The notes: a model not told the origin generated them from the sequence alone. 38,105 bases of DNA from an uncultured Pseudomonadota bacterium (GCA_903904275.1 CAIVBX010000147.1:1-38105), one strand, 5' to 3'; counted from the stretch's first letter, positions 17,850 to 28,626 are shown. Made by a program: numbers and translations.

Positions 17850-18524
17850 ATGAAAAAACAACTGTTTGCCTTGTTGATGTTTGTAAGTTCAACAGCAATT
17901 AGCGCACAAAATGACATTGTGTATGTTGCTGATGATTACAATTTAACGTTGTGGAGTGCGCCGAATTATGCGGGAAAAATTAAATCATTGCCGACTGGAA
18001 CACCATTAACGCAAATTGGTGAAGTTTCGACACATACAGGTTTTGTCAAAGTACGAACTATCGAAGGAACAGAAGGTTTCATTAAAGCAAAATACACCAA
18101 AAAAGAAGCTCCTGAACATGACCGCGACGATATTGCGGCAAAAAATATCGCGGCGTTGCAAGGTCAAATTGCTAAATTAGAAGGCGACTTGAAAGCCGCA
18201 AAAGAAACTATTACGCCAGGCACAACGCTTGAACAGTCGCTAGCAACGGAACGCGATAAACTCAGCCGTGAACTGAACGAACTGAAAAAAATATCAGGCG
18301 GTGCAGTTCAACTTAAAACTGAGCGAGATGAATTACAAGAACGTTTCGTAACCGTTGAACGCGATTTACAACAAGTGAAACTCGAAAATCAAGCCTTGCT
18401 CGACACCGCAAATCAAGATTGGTTTTTATATGGCGGAATGTTGGCGTTGGTTGGCGTTTTACTCGGATTCATTTTGCCAAAATTGAGCTGGAAACGCAGT
18501 CGCGGCGGTTGGGATAGTTACTAA
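17850..18524 (+). CDS. ygiM: YgiM-like SH3-domain, coiled-coil, tail-anchored membrane protein
   Basis: Signal-like 'MKKQLFALLMFVSSTAISAQ', an SH3-like segment, a long coiled coil, and C-terminal 'DWFLYGGMLALVGVLLGFILPKL' followed by a basic tail. This is the same layout as E. coli YgiM. I moved the start from the track's 17805 (inside argF) to the ATG at 17850. Confidence 0.7.
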   Translation: MKKQLFALLMFVSSTAISAQNDIVYVADDYNLTLWSAPNYAGKIKSLPTGTPLTQIGEVSTHTGFVKVRTIEGTEGFIKAKYTKKEAPEHDRDDIAAKNIAALQGQIAKLEGDLKAAKETITPGTTLEQSLATERDKLSRELNELKKISGGAVQLKTERDELQERFVTVERDLQQVKLENQALLDTANQDWFLYGGMLALVGVLLGFILPKLSWKRSRGGWDSY

Positions 18525-18551
18525 ATTTTTCAAACACACACAAAAACTCTT

Positions 18552-20237
18552 ATGACAGACAATAAAAATACACGCACATTTTCATCTTTAGTTGTTGACG
18601 GCATGGAACGTGCGCCAAGTCGCGCAATGCTTCACGCAGTGGGATTTACCAACGAAGATTTCAAAAAACCACAAATCGGTGTTGCTTCAACATGGAGCAT
18701 GGTTACGCCGTGCAATATGCACATTAACAAACTTGCAGACGAAGTTGCCCAAGGCGTAAATAGCGCGAACGGTAAAGCCGTTATTTTCAATACGATTACC
18801 ATTTCTGACGGCATTTCGATGGGAACGGAAGGGATGAAATATTCGCTTGTTTCGCGCGAAGTAATTGCCGATTCAATCGAAACGGTTATCGGTTGCCAAG
18901 GTTTTGATGGCGTTGTGGCAATTGGTGGTTGCGACAAAAATATGCCTGGCTGCATGATGGCAATTGCGCGATTAAATCGCCCTGCAATTTTCGTTTATGG
19001 AGGTACGATTTTGCCAGGTTGCCATAAAAATCAAAAACTCGACGTAGTTTCTGTTTTTGAAGCCGTTGGCGCACGCGCAAATAACAAAATTGACGATGCA
19101 GAACTCGCTGAAATCGAAGCTAAAGCGATTCCTGGTGCGGGTTCATGTGGTGGAATGTACACCGCAAACACAATGGCTTCGGCGATTGAAGCATTAGGCA
19201 TGAGTTTGCCAAATAGTTCAGCTCAAGCCGCCGTTTCAAATGATAAAAAACTCGATTGTGAACGTGCTGGTGCGGCGGTTTTAAATTTGCTTGAAAAAGG
19301 CATTTTACCTAGCGACATTATGACCAAAGAAGCGTTTGAAAATGCGATTACCGTTGTGATTGCGTTGGGCGGTTCGACGAATGCGGTGTTGCACATTTTA
19401 GCGATGGCGAATGCGTCAAAAGTTGATATTACCCTAGACGATTTCACCCGAATTGGCAAACGTGTGCCGATGCTTGCGGATTTAAAACCTAGCGGTCGTT
19501 ATCAAATGGCGGAATTGATTGAAATCGGCGGTATTCAACCGTTGATGAAAATTTTGCTCGATAAAGGTTTGTTGCATGGCGATTGTTTAACCGTGACAGG
19601 CAAAACGCTTGCAGAAAATTTAGCGAACGTACAACCGTATCCAGTGGGTCAAGATATGATTCACGATTTGGAACATCCAATCAAAAAAGACAGTCATTTA
19701 GTTGTGTTATACGGAAACTTAGCGGCAGAAGGTTCAGTTGCAAAAATCACTGGCAAAGAAGGTTTGCTTTTCACAGGCTCTGCAAAAGTTTTCGACGCAG
19801 AAGAACAAGCGTTACAAGCGATTTTAAACGGTGAAATAGTGAAAGGTGACGTAATTGTGATTCGTTACGAAGGACCAAAAGGCGGACCTGGAATGCGCGA
19901 AATGTTGTCACCAACCTCAGCAATTATGGGAAAAGGTTTGGGCAAAGAAGTCGCGTTAATTACCGACGGACGTTTTTCAGGCGGCACACACGGTTTTGTT
20001 GTTGGTCACATTACGCCAGAAGCGTATGTCGGCGGTGCGTTGGCAATCGTTGAAAATGGCGATTCGATTACGATTGATGCTGAAAATAATCAACTCACTT
20101 TGCACGTTGACGAAAACGAAATCGCACGCCGTTTAGAAAAATGGCAACAACCTGCGCCCCGTTATACAAGAGGCGTATTGGCAAAATATGCAAAATTGGT
20201 AAATTCTGCTTCACTTGGCGCAGTGACCGACAATTAA
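18552..20237 (+). CDS. ilvD: Dihydroxy-acid dehydratase
   Basis: 561 aa. Motifs '[11 protein letters not shown]', 'GGCDKNMPG' and '[12 protein letters not shown]'. Confidence 0.95.
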   Translation: MTDNKNTRTFSSLVVDGMERAPSRAMLHAVGFTNEDFKKPQIGVASTWSMVTPCNMHINKLADEVAQGVNSANGKAVIFNTITISDGISMGTEGMKYSLVSREVIADSIETVIGCQGFDGVVAIGGCDKNMPGCMMAIARLNRPAIFVYGGTILPGCHKNQKLDVVSVFEAVGARANNKIDDAELAEIEAKAIPGAGSCGGMYTANTMASAIEALGMSLPNSSAQAAVSNDKKLDCERAGAAVLNLLEKGILPSDIMTKEAFENAITVVIALGGSTNAVLHILAMANASKVDITLDDFTRIGKRVPMLADLKPSGRYQMAELIEIGGIQPLMKILLDKGLLHGDCLTVTGKTLAENLANVQPYPVGQDMIHDLEHPIKKDSHLVVLYGNLAAEGSVAKITGKEGLLFTGSAKVFDAEEQALQAILNGEIVKGDVIVIRYEGPKGGPGMREMLSPTSAIMGKGLGKEVALITDGRFSGGTHGFVVGHITPEAYVGGALAIVENGDSITIDAENNQLTLHVDENEIARRLEKWQQPAPRYTRGVLAKYAKLVNSASLGAVTDN

Positions 20238-20245
20238 ATATTTTT

Positions 20246-20282
20246 GGCGTGGATTTACTTTGTGAGTTCACGCCATTTTTTT
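20246..20282 (+). terminator. Rho-independent terminator after ilvD
   Basis: Stem GGCGTGGA / TTCACGCC (8 bp with one G-T pair), a 13-nt loop, then A followed by 7 T. Confidence 0.65.
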
Positions 20283-20292
20283 GTGAAAAATT

Positions 20293-20907
20293 ATGCTAAA
20301 AATTGGTTTAACTGGCGGAATTGGCTGCGGAAAAACAACTGTTTCAAATCTATTTCAACAATTAAATGTTCCTATTATTGACGCTGATGACATATCACGT
20401 CATTTAGTGAAATCTGGAACACCCGCATTAAAGAAAATTGAAACGGTTTTTGGTTCAGAAATACTTTTAGGAAATGGCGAATTAAATCGCGTTTATTTGA
20501 AAAAATGTATTTTTGACGATTCAACTGCAAAACAAAAACTTGAAGCAATTTTACATCCGTTAATTTTTCAAGAAATTTCAAATCAACTCAATGCAATTTC
20601 TGCGGATTATTGCATCGTCGCCATTCCGTTATTATTTGAAACACATGCCGAATTTTTATTCGATAGAATTCTGGTAATTGATTGCGATGAAAAAACACAA
20701 ATTGAGCGCGTTCAAATACGCGATAATTTGTCATTAACAGAAATTCGAGCGATTTTAGCGGCGCAAGTTTCTTCGGAATTTAGACAAAAACACGCTCATG
20801 ATATTGTCGATAATTCAAAAAATAATGACCAACTTGCAGAGCAAGTTAAAAAATTGCACAATTTCTACATCTCTTTAAGTCAGAATCAGGACGCGCTACC
20901 GCTGTGA
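20293..20907 (+). CDS. coaE: Dephospho-CoA kinase
   Basis: 204 aa with P-loop 'GLTGGIGCGKTT' and 'ILHPLI'. It is followed by zapD, as in E. coli. Confidence 0.9.
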   Translation: MLKIGLTGGIGCGKTTVSNLFQQLNVPIIDADDISRHLVKSGTPALKKIETVFGSEILLGNGELNRVYLKKCIFDDSTAKQKLEAILHPLIFQEISNQLNAISADYCIVAIPLLFETHAEFLFDRILVIDCDEKTQIERVQIRDNLSLTEIRAILAAQVSSEFRQKHAHDIVDNSKNNDQLAEQVKKLHNFYISLSQNQDALPL

Positions 20908-21680
20908 ACACCCCTATTAGTTATGAATTTCCACTCAACGAACGTATTCGCATTTTTATTCGCTTAGAACAACTTTTTCAACAGTTTAACCATCATTTAC
21001 AACGTGTTTCGACGTTCGATAAACGCGCTGCAATTAGCGTGTTACTTGATATTGTTGCTATTTTTAAACGTAATGATTTGAAATCCGAAGTGTTGAAAGA
21101 ATTGGACAGGCACGCAAATGTATTAAACAAGCTCACCAACAATCAAAATGAAAATGTAGATGCGCAAAAAATACAAGAATTGCTCGCGCAACTTAGTGAA
21201 ATGAGCCAAAAACTGTATGCCAAAACGGGAAAAATTGGCAATCACATTGTAGACAGCGATTTGTTTCAAAGTATTTCGCAACGCTGCACAATTCCAGGCG
21301 GAACGTGTTCGTTTGATTTACCTGAATTTCATTTCTGGTTGATGCAAGATGACGCGGAAAGTTTCGAGGATTTAATGAAATGGAGTCGCCCATTCACGGA
21401 AATTTTTGAAGCAATTACATCAATTTTAGAATTTATTCGTCACAGCCAAATTACAACAGAAGAAATTGCACCAAGTGGTTTTTTTCAAATCACGTTAGAC
21501 AGTAATTTGCCACATCAATTACTTTGCGTTGAAGTTGAAAAAAACCAGCCTTATTTTGTCGAAATCAGCGGTGGAAAACACCGCTGTACAATTCGATTTA
21601 TGCAGCCATCACAAGATAATCAACGTCCAAAACAATGTGCCGAAAACGTACCATTTGTTTTGACACGTTGTGTAATTTAA
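20904..21680 (+). CDS. zapD: Cell division protein ZapD
   Basis: 258 aa with the N-terminal 'YEFPLNERIRIFIRLE' typical of ZapD/YacF. An ATGA-type 4-nt overlap links it to coaE. Confidence 0.85.
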   Translation: MNTPISYEFPLNERIRIFIRLEQLFQQFNHHLQRVSTFDKRAAISVLLDIVAIFKRNDLKSEVLKELDRHANVLNKLTNNQNENVDAQKIQELLAQLSEMSQKLYAKTGKIGNHIVDSDLFQSISQRCTIPGGTCSFDLPEFHFWLMQDDAESFEDLMKWSRPFTEIFEAITSILEFIRHSQITTEEIAPSGFFQITLDSNLPHQLLCVEVEKNQPYFVEISGGKHRCTIRFMQPSQDNQRPKQCAENVPFVLTRCVI

Positions 21681-24037
21681 AAATTATCGAAAAAAGTTTC
21701 TTCAGCAGGTGAATCTGTCGAATTATCCGTATTTAAATCATCAGGAACAAAATAACCACCGCTGCTTTCACAGTTTGAAACATGCGGTTCAGAACCTGAA
21801 ATATACGGATATTGACGCGAACCAGAACAACCGCTTGTCGCCATTTTGATGTTGTCAGGGGCAATTAAATTTACAGGCTGAATTGAAATTTGTTTCATAA
21901 TCGACAACCAAACAGGCAATGCGCCTGTTGCACCTGTTAATCCCATCGGTTTATTGTCATCACGTCCTACCCAAACTACCGATAAATAATCACCCGAATA
22001 ACCTGCAAACCAACTATCTTTCGCGTCGTTCGTTGTGCCTGTTTTTCCCACTAAACCGTAACTTTTCGGAAAAATATCGTAAGCCTTATGTCCTGTTCCT
22101 TCGGTCATCACTTCTTGCAACATCGTATTAACGATATACGTCACCGCTGGATCAATCGCTTGTTTCACAATAAATGGATAACTTTGCAAACGTTCACCTT
22201 TTGCCGAAACCACCGCACGAATCGCTTTTAAACGGCTTAAAAAGCCATCGCCTGCAAGCGTTTGATACATTTGCGTCACGTCCATCGGTGTTAATTGTGC
22301 TGAACCAAGTAAAAAGGACGGGAACGATTCCACTTCACGAGTTACGCCCATACTTCGCAACGTTTCAATCACATTATCAACGCCTACATCCATTCCAACG
22401 CGCACCGTTGCTAAATTGTAAGAATGCGCTAACGCTTGATGCAAACTGACGCTGCCATGTTCACGATGATCATAATTTTTGGGAATCCATGCTTCACTGC
22501 CTTTATTTGGCACAACGATTTCAGTATCACTAACTGACGTTGTAATTGTGTATTTTTTGGGATTATTTAACGCCGTTAAATAAATCACAGGTTTAATCAA
22601 CGAACCAATCGGACGAACTGCATCTAAAGCACGATTAAAACCAGAAGAAACAACCTCGCGTCCACTTGTCAATGCAGCAATTTCACCGCTATCTCGACGA
22701 GTTATCACTGCTGCGGCTTCTAAATTGTTTGTTGATTTTGGTAATTTTTCGAGCTGTACGAGTTGCGATTTAATTGTTTGTTCAAGCGTATCTTGAACCC
22801 GTGTGTCCAATGTCGTAAAAATACTCAAACCTTCGGATGTTAAATCTTCTTCGCGGTATTCTTGGCTTAACTGGCGTTTTACCAAGTCCAAAAAGTATGG
22901 ATACGCATTGGCTGTTCGATTGATATTTACAATTACGCCGAGTGGTTTTGCTTTTGCGTCAGTCGCTTGTTTTTCAGTAATTGTTCCAGCCGTTGTCATT
23001 TCATCGAGAATTAAATTTCGACGATGTAAAGCTCGTTCGGGCGAACGACGAGGGTCGTAATATGAAGGTCCTCGAACCAATGAAACTAAGGAAACGACTT
23101 GATGCAATGGCAAATCTTTTAATGTGCTGTTGAAATAAAATTCACTCGCCAAACCAAAACCATGCACCGAATTACTGCCATTTTGTCCTAGATAAATTTC
23201 GTTTAAATAGGCTTCTAAAATTTCATTTTTGCTGTAGCGATATTCCAAAATTAACGCCATAAACGCTTCATTGACTTTGCGCGTCAAACTGCGTTCTGAG
23301 CTTAAATAAAAATTTTTAACCAATTGTTGCGTAATCGTACTGCCGCCTTGAACCATGCTGCCCGCTTTTAAATTCGTTAACATCGCTCGCGCGATGCCAC
23401 GAAATGACAAACCAAAATGGTGGTAAAAATCACGGTCTTCTGAGGCTAATAAGGCATCAATCAACGATTTTGGTGCGTCACTCAATTTAATTAAAACACG
23501 GTCCTCTTTTAATCGAGGATATAACGAGCCAATTTGAGCAGGGTCTAAACGCAATAACGCCACGTCTGTGCCTTGTTTATCTAAATCAGCGATATTTTCG
23601 ACAGTCGATTCCGTAAAATTTAAACGAATTAAACGACTTTCTTGAGGCGAATCCCAAAAATTGAACGGGCGCGTTTTTAATAAAATTTGTGAACCTTTTC
23701 TGACGTAAGTACCTTCGGCTGTCAACGTAGAATCGACGCGATAATGTAACGTTTTTAATTGTGTTTCAAATTGTGCGGCGTTGATGTTGTAACCCGCGTA
23801 AAGTTCGAGTGGACTGGCATAAACTCGCGCGGGAATCGCCCAACGTTTGCCTTCAAATTGTTTGCGGACGTTGTAATCTAATACGCCTAAATAGCCAAAC
23901 AAGAAAAATCCACCAATACCAAGTCCAATCAAAAATAAGCTACTGAACCAAGGAAAAGAAGATTTTTTTTTGTTTCTACGATTACGAGAAGGTTGTTGAT
24001 CGTAGCGTGAGCTGCTACGTTTTCTTATATCTGCCAT
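21677..24037 (-). CDS. mrcB: Penicillin-binding protein 1B (bifunctional glycosyltransferase/transpeptidase)
   Basis: Basic cytoplasmic tail, TM 'FSSLFLIGLGIGGFFLFGYLGVL' and a UB2H-like 'GKRWAIPARVYASPLELY'. GT51 motifs are 'EDRDFYHHFG' and 'GGSTITQQLVKN'. Transpeptidase motifs are 'SLIKP', 'SYN' and 'KTGTT'. The track start at 24049 is a TTG; I use the ATG at 24037. Confidence 0.9.
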   Translation of the reverse strand: MADIRKRSSSRYDQQPSRNRRNKKKSSFPWFSSLFLIGLGIGGFFLFGYLGVLDYNVRKQFEGKRWAIPARVYASPLELYAGYNINAAQFETQLKTLHYRVDSTLTAEGTYVRKGSQILLKTRPFNFWDSPQESRLIRLNFTESTVENIADLDKQGTDVALLRLDPAQIGSLYPRLKEDRVLIKLSDAPKSLIDALLASEDRDFYHHFGLSFRGIARAMLTNLKAGSMVQGGSTITQQLVKNFYLSSERSLTRKVNEAFMALILEYRYSKNEILEAYLNEIYLGQNGSNSVHGFGLASEFYFNSTLKDLPLHQVVSLVSLVRGPSYYDPRRSPERALHRRNLILDEMTTAGTITEKQATDAKAKPLGVIVNINRTANAYPYFLDLVKRQLSQEYREEDLTSEGLSIFTTLDTRVQDTLEQTIKSQLVQLEKLPKSTNNLEAAAVITRRDSGEIAALTSGREVVSSGFNRALDAVRPIGSLIKPVIYLTALNNPKKYTITTSVSDTEIVVPNKGSEAWIPKNYDHREHGSVSLHQALAHSYNLATVRVGMDVGVDNVIETLRSMGVTREVESFPSFLLGSAQLTPMDVTQMYQTLAGDGFLSRLKAIRAVVSAKGERLQSYPFIVKQAIDPAVTYIVNTMLQEVMTEGTGHKAYDIFPKSYGLVGKTGTTNDAKDSWFAGYSGDYLSVVWVGRDDNKPMGLTGATGALPVWLSIMKQISIQPVNLIAPDNIKMATSGCSGSRQYPYISGSEPHVSNCESSGGYFVPDDLNTDNSTDSPAEETFFDNF

Positions 24038-24193
24038 GAGGATACGCAAGTGTTTTTGAATTGTTTAATCATAGCATTTTGCAGAAATGTCACAAAATCG
24101 AACTGTTCAACGTACCTTCTTTATTTCAAATTTGCCGCGCAAGATACAATAAGCTTTATAATTGATAAAAATAATTTCTGTTTTAATTTCTCT

Positions 24194-25222
24194 ATGACGT
24201 GGTTTAAACCAAAAAATCAAGCCGCCTATTTGTTAGGTTTTAATTTACTTTGTTGTTCACCCATGATTTTTGCGGAAGAGGCAAAAACGTCGTGGATGGA
24301 TTCTGTTAATTTATCAGGCTACGCAAAATTTGCCATTAGCGCACCAAATAATAAATCAACCTCCGTTGATTTAGATGATTTAAGTCTTTTTGTTTCAGGT
24401 AAATTTAACCGCTGGCTAAATCCATTTTTGGAAGCAGAATCTTACAATATCTCACTTTGGCAATCAGGAAGTGGCTTCCAATTTAATAACATTCATTTTG
24501 CAATCGAACGAATTTACAACGATATGCAGGTAACAGACGAAGATACGGTGCGTGTTGGTAAAATGCTTGCTTCAATAAACCACTGGAATATCGTTCATGC
24601 TGCGCCGTTAGTTTGGACAACAAATCGCCCTGTTACGTCAACCTATTCGCGTGCAAATTACATTACAGGTTTGCAACTTCGTCACGAATTCGATGCACTT
24701 TCTGGTCAAGCCCTAGAAGTTTATGTTCAACCTGCTCAAGATTTTAATCATAAAACCATGGACACACATGAACGCCAATACAATACCATTGCAGGTGGTC
24801 GATGGATTGCTCATGAAGATTTAGATTATTATGTCGGTATAGCATTTCAACACGCGAACGTCAGATATACAGACGAAGTACGCGATGCAATCAGTATTGA
24901 TGGAAATTGGCAGCATGAATTTTTCGAATTAGAAAGCGAATTGCTCTTTACACATGTTGATACAAAAGAATTTCGTCAACATGGCAATGACTGGGGCGGT
25001 TATGTGCAAATGGTTGTGCCTATTGTCGATAAATTTAGTCTTATAACGCGCTACGAACACTTTGAATATGCAAATAAAATTGAACCAACAAATACAGAAT
25101 TAGGCGGCTTAGTTTATCGTCCTGTTCCCAGTTTATCGTTCAAAATGGAATGGCAACAAACGCAAGGCAGCGTATTTCATAATGAAACGGGACTTTATAG
25201 CTCAGTGGCGGTGTTATTCTAA
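24194..25222 (+). CDS. Putative outer-membrane beta-barrel (porin-like) protein
   Basis: Start taken at ATG 24194 ('MTWFKPKNQAAYLLGFNLLCCSPMIFAEE', signal-like). The body has an alternating beta-strand-like pattern and the C-terminus is aromatic ('YSSVAVLF'). The family was not recognised. The 48 codons that the track adds upstream look non-coding. Confidence 0.5.
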   Translation: MTWFKPKNQAAYLLGFNLLCCSPMIFAEEAKTSWMDSVNLSGYAKFAISAPNNKSTSVDLDDLSLFVSGKFNRWLNPFLEAESYNISLWQSGSGFQFNNIHFAIERIYNDMQVTDEDTVRVGKMLASINHWNIVHAAPLVWTTNRPVTSTYSRANYITGLQLRHEFDALSGQALEVYVQPAQDFNHKTMDTHERQYNTIAGGRWIAHEDLDYYVGIAFQHANVRYTDEVRDAISIDGNWQHEFFELESELLFTHVDTKEFRQHGNDWGGYVQMVVPIVDKFSLITRYEHFEYANKIEPTNTELGGLVYRPVPSLSFKMEWQQTQGSVFHNETGLYSSVAVLF

Positions 25223-25632
25223 TGAAAAAATTACTTATTTTATTAGCCGCTTTATTGTCGCACACAGTTCATGCTGATTTATACATCATCGCAAACAAAG
25301 ATTTGCCAATTTCTCAACTTGAAAAAACTGACATTTCAGCGATTTATTTACTCAAAAAGAAACATTGGGAAAATGGTGATGACATTATGCCAATTAACCT
25401 GCCTGCAACCGCTGACGCAAGAGCGCGTTTTACAGCGCAAGTTTTCGACAGTACACCCGAAAAATTAGGTAGTTATTGGGACAAAATGCTTTTTAAAGGT
25501 GAAACGCCACCTATGACGCAAAACTCAGAACAAGCCGTTGTGATGTTTGTCGAACGTATTAAAGGGGCAATTGGTTACGTCGAAACGAAGCCACAAAGTT
25601 CTCAAATTAAAATTTTACAACAATTTAAATAA
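25222..25632 (+). CDS. Small periplasmic PstS-like (phosphate-binding-protein-like) protein
   Basis: 136 aa with signal peptide 'MKKLLILLAALLSHTVHA'. 'ISAIYLLKKKHWENG' and 'AIGYVE' resemble the PBP_like_2/PstS fold, but the protein is less than half the length of a full PstS. Its ATG overlaps the upstream stop (TAATG). Confidence 0.5.
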   Translation: MKKLLILLAALLSHTVHADLYIIANKDLPISQLEKTDISAIYLLKKKHWENGDDIMPINLPATADARARFTAQVFDSTPEKLGSYWDKMLFKGETPPMTQNSEQAVVMFVERIKGAIGYVETKPQSSQIKILQQFK

Positions 25633-25641
25633 CGGAATTTT

Positions 25642-27570
25642 ATGTCACGCTTTTCGTTGTCAGTACGTTTAACCCTATTTTTTAGTTTGATTGTCTTACT
25701 AGTGACAGTGACATTAAGCACCGTGGTTTTTTACCAAGTTGGTGAAAAAATTAATCAGCAAATTAGCCGCAATTTAACCGAACTTGCTGACCACAAAGCC
25801 GCTGAAATTAGTAACGTACTTTTGTTTGAACGCACAAATTTATTATCTTGGCGAGCATCTTCAGTGATGCTTGATGTTGTGGTCGATGATTTAGATAAAC
25901 GCATCAATACCGAATTAAAAAATTTAAAACAGTATTACCCATTGGCAGGTGATTTGTATGTTTTTAATGATAAAGAGGAGTTGATTGCATCCACACAACA
26001 GACCACTTTAAAAACTAAATTGCCAGATGCGTGGAAAACGCAAAAAGATTATCAGCTTGTTTTTAAACATGACGTGCCATTCATAAAAGGTAGTATTCTC
26101 GCTCATCTCACGGCATTAAAATTGCCGCAATTAAAAAAGCAAGGGTATTTAGTGATTACCCATCCATGGGATGATATTACTCAATTGCTTGCACCAACTG
26201 ACAGTAATTTTGCATTGCGTAAAAACAGCGAAACGAGTGCAGAATTATTTATGAAAAATAGCGTTCAAGACATTACGTTAAATGATGATTTTACGCAAAA
26301 GCCGTTGTGGTTTTTTGGCGATGAAAGCTATTTAGGTTCGATTTCAAAACCCATTACGATTGGCGATTTTAATTTTCAAATTGCCGCATTTATGCCTGAA
26401 AAGTTAGCACGCGAACCGCTATTAGAATTAACGCAAAAATTGTTAATTGCCGCCACATTAGTAGGTATTCCGATGATTCTTTTTGTAAGTTTTCTAAGCC
26501 ATCATTTAGTGACACCGATTAAAAAATTAACCGCCACTATTCGCAGCATCGAAGATTCCAATGATTTATCAATTCAAGTGAAAGTTTCTGGTCGTGATGA
26601 AGTGGCAGATTTAGGAAATGCGTTTAATCGTATGACTTCACAACTTGGCGATTTATTTCACAAAAATGCGATTGTTGAAAAAGAGCTTGAGGATTTAAAT
26701 GCGAATTTAGAAAATCAAGTTGTTGAACGTACCGCACAATTGCAAGACACATTGCAAAAATTGAAATCAGCGCAAACACAACTTGTGCAATCTGAAAAAA
26801 TGGCTTCATTAGGGCAATTAGTAGCGGGTATTGCACATGAAATTAACAATCCGATTGGCGCAATTTACGCAAATATGCCGCCGCTTGCTGAATATATTGA
26901 TGATATTAAAACGACCGTCAACATTGCAGAAAATTGTTTGGATGAATCGGGCTTAAAAATTTTGAATGAACACAAAACGGAAATAGATTACACGTTTGTT
27001 ATCGATGATTTAACACAATTACTTAATAGCCAAAAACAAGCAGCCAATCGTATTCGGAACATTGTTTTAGCGTTACGCAATTTTTCACGTCTTGACCAAG
27101 GAGCGGTGAAACAGGTTTTACTTGAAGAAGGGATTGATTCAACGTTGCAGATGCTTTTACATAATTATAAAAATCGGATTGAAATCGAGAAAAATTACAC
27201 GCTCAATGAAATGGTGGAATGTTATGCAGGCGAATTAAATCAAGTCTTTATGAACATTTTAGCCAATGCCATTCAAGCCATTCCTGACACCGGTTCGATT
27301 TTTATCACGTCAGCAAAAATCAATGAAAACGCAGTAATTACTATTGCAGATACAGGAACGGGAATGCCAGATGATGTGAAAGCGAAAATTTTTGATCCAT
27401 TTTTTACAACAAAAGATGTTGGAGAAGGAACAGGTTTAGGATTATCCATTTCTTATGGCATCATTGAAAAACATCATGGCACATTAACTGTCGAATCAAA
27501 TCAATCGCCCGATAATCATGGCACACGTTTTATTATTGCAATCCCAATTAAGTTAGTTAAGGAAATTTAA
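25642..27570 (+). CDS. Sensor histidine kinase (periplasmic domain, HAMP, HisKA, HATPase)
   Basis: 642 aa. TM1 is '[19 protein letters not shown]', followed by a periplasmic region of about 230 aa and TM2 '[19 protein letters not shown]'. HAMP is '[13 protein letters not shown]', followed by a coiled coil and the H-box '[11 protein letters not shown]'. ATPase motifs are N-box 'NILANAIQA', G1 'DTGTGM' and G2 'GTGLGLS'. Confidence 0.85.
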   Translation: MSRFSLSVRLTLFFSLIVLLVTVTLSTVVFYQVGEKINQQISRNLTELADHKAAEISNVLLFERTNLLSWRASSVMLDVVVDDLDKRINTELKNLKQYYPLAGDLYVFNDKEELIASTQQTTLKTKLPDAWKTQKDYQLVFKHDVPFIKGSILAHLTALKLPQLKKQGYLVITHPWDDITQLLAPTDSNFALRKNSETSAELFMKNSVQDITLNDDFTQKPLWFFGDESYLGSISKPITIGDFNFQIAAFMPEKLAREPLLELTQKLLIAATLVGIPMILFVSFLSHHLVTPIKKLTATIRSIEDSNDLSIQVKVSGRDEVADLGNAFNRMTSQLGDLFHKNAIVEKELEDLNANLENQVVERTAQLQDTLQKLKSAQTQLVQSEKMASLGQLVAGIAHEINNPIGAIYANMPPLAEYIDDIKTTVNIAENCLDESGLKILNEHKTEIDYTFVIDDLTQLLNSQKQAANRIRNIVLALRNFSRLDQGAVKQVLLEEGIDSTLQMLLHNYKNRIEIEKNYTLNEMVECYAGELNQVFMNILANAIQAIPDTGSIFITSAKINENAVITIADTGTGMPDDVKAKIFDPFFTTKDVGEGTGLGLSISYGIIEKHHGTLTVESNQSPDNHGTRFIIAIPIKLVKEI

Positions 27571-27574
27571 AAAA

Positions 27575-28564
27575 ATGCACACATTATTACTTGTTGACGA
27601 TGATGACGATGTTTTAGCAACACTGACACGCAGTTTTCGAAAAGGCTATAAAACGCTTTCAGCAAGTGGAGGGCAAGCTGCCATAGATATTTTAAATTCA
27701 CAAACTGTTGACTTAATTATTTGTGATCAACGAATGCCAAATGTGGGTGGTGTGGAAGTTTTAATGCACGCTTTAACGGTTCAACCTCAAGCCATTCGGA
27801 TTTTATTAACAGGTTATACAGATGTTGATTCGTTGCTTAGCTGCGTGAATGACGCACATATTTACAAATATGTTACTAAACCATGGATGCCAGATGATTT
27901 GAATTTTACAGTGATTCGCGCATTGGAATCCCTTGATTTACAACGACAATTAGATGAAGCACGAATACAATTAGAAATAGCGTATAAAGAAACAGTTGTG
28001 ATGCTTTGTTTGGCAGCCGAAGGTAAAGACCAAGATACAGCGAGCCATTTACACCGTGTTCAACATTACACAACCGCATTGGCAATGGCTGTAGATGTTA
28101 ATGAAAAAGAAGCTATACACATGGGTTTAATGAGTATGTTGCACGATATTGGCAAACTCGCCACGCCAGATGCTATTTTAAAAAAGCCTGATAAATTGAC
28201 CGATGAAGAATGGCTTGTGATGCGAGAACATCCCCTCGCGGGTGCGCGAATTTTAGGTGAAAATCCGTTTTATGAAATGGCGCGAGAAATTTCAGCAGGA
28301 CATCATGAAAATTTTGATGGCACAGGTTATCCAAATCAATTAAAAGGCGAGGATATTCCGTTAGCAGCACGAATTGTAAAATTAGCTGACGTGTTTGATG
28401 CACTAACAACAAAACGCCCTTACAAAGAACCTTGGACAATGCAAGCTGCGCTTGACTTAATTGATTCACAGGCTGGAACATCATTTGATCCCAAAATTGT
28501 GACGGAATTTAAAAATTTATTTGCAAACGGCACGCTTGCAAAAATTAAAGAAACATACAATTGA
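27575..28564 (+). CDS. Response regulator with an HD-GYP domain (RpfG family; putative c-di-GMP phosphodiesterase)
   Basis: 329 aa. The receiver domain has 'LLVDDDDD', a phospho-acceptor-like 'LIICDQRMP' and 'KP'. The HD-GYP domain has 'MLHDIGK' and 'HHENFDGTGYP'. Confidence 0.85.
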   Translation: MHTLLLVDDDDDVLATLTRSFRKGYKTLSASGGQAAIDILNSQTVDLIICDQRMPNVGGVEVLMHALTVQPQAIRILLTGYTDVDSLLSCVNDAHIYKYVTKPWMPDDLNFTVIRALESLDLQRQLDEARIQLEIAYKETVVMLCLAAEGKDQDTASHLHRVQHYTTALAMAVDVNEKEAIHMGLMSMLHDIGKLATPDAILKKPDKLTDEEWLVMREHPLAGARILGENPFYEMAREISAGHHENFDGTGYPNQLKGEDIPLAARIVKLADVFDALTTKRPYKEPWTMQAALDLIDSQAGTSFDPKIVTEFKNLFANGTLAKIKETYN

Positions 28565-28626
28565 CACAAATTTTCGTTAAACTAATCGCGAAATTATCCC
28601 ATTTTTAACACTTTATTAGGCTTTTT

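Noticed and set aside
21677-21680. The stop codons of convergent zapD and mrcB overlap (TTTAA).
   Set aside because: This is real but trivial gene packing, and no associated structure or motif was seen.
24087-24108. A Pho-box-like heptamer ATGTCAC lies upstream of the OMP/PstS-like/kinase operon.
   Set aside because: It is only a single half-site. The sequence 11 bp downstream (TCGAACT) does not repeat the motif, so it is not a credible PhoB site.
24050-24193. The track gives 5'-extended starts for several ORFs. Examples are 24050 for the OMP-like gene, 1343 for batA, 2395 for the batB-like gene, 17805 for ygiM, 36444 for aceF, 5160 for the decarboxylase gene and 24049 for mrcB.
   Set aside because: The extensions start at non-ATG codons or lie inside the preceding gene. 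In each case an internal ATG (or GTG) sits at a stop/start overlap, behind an SD sequence, or at the start of a signal peptide, and that start fits better.
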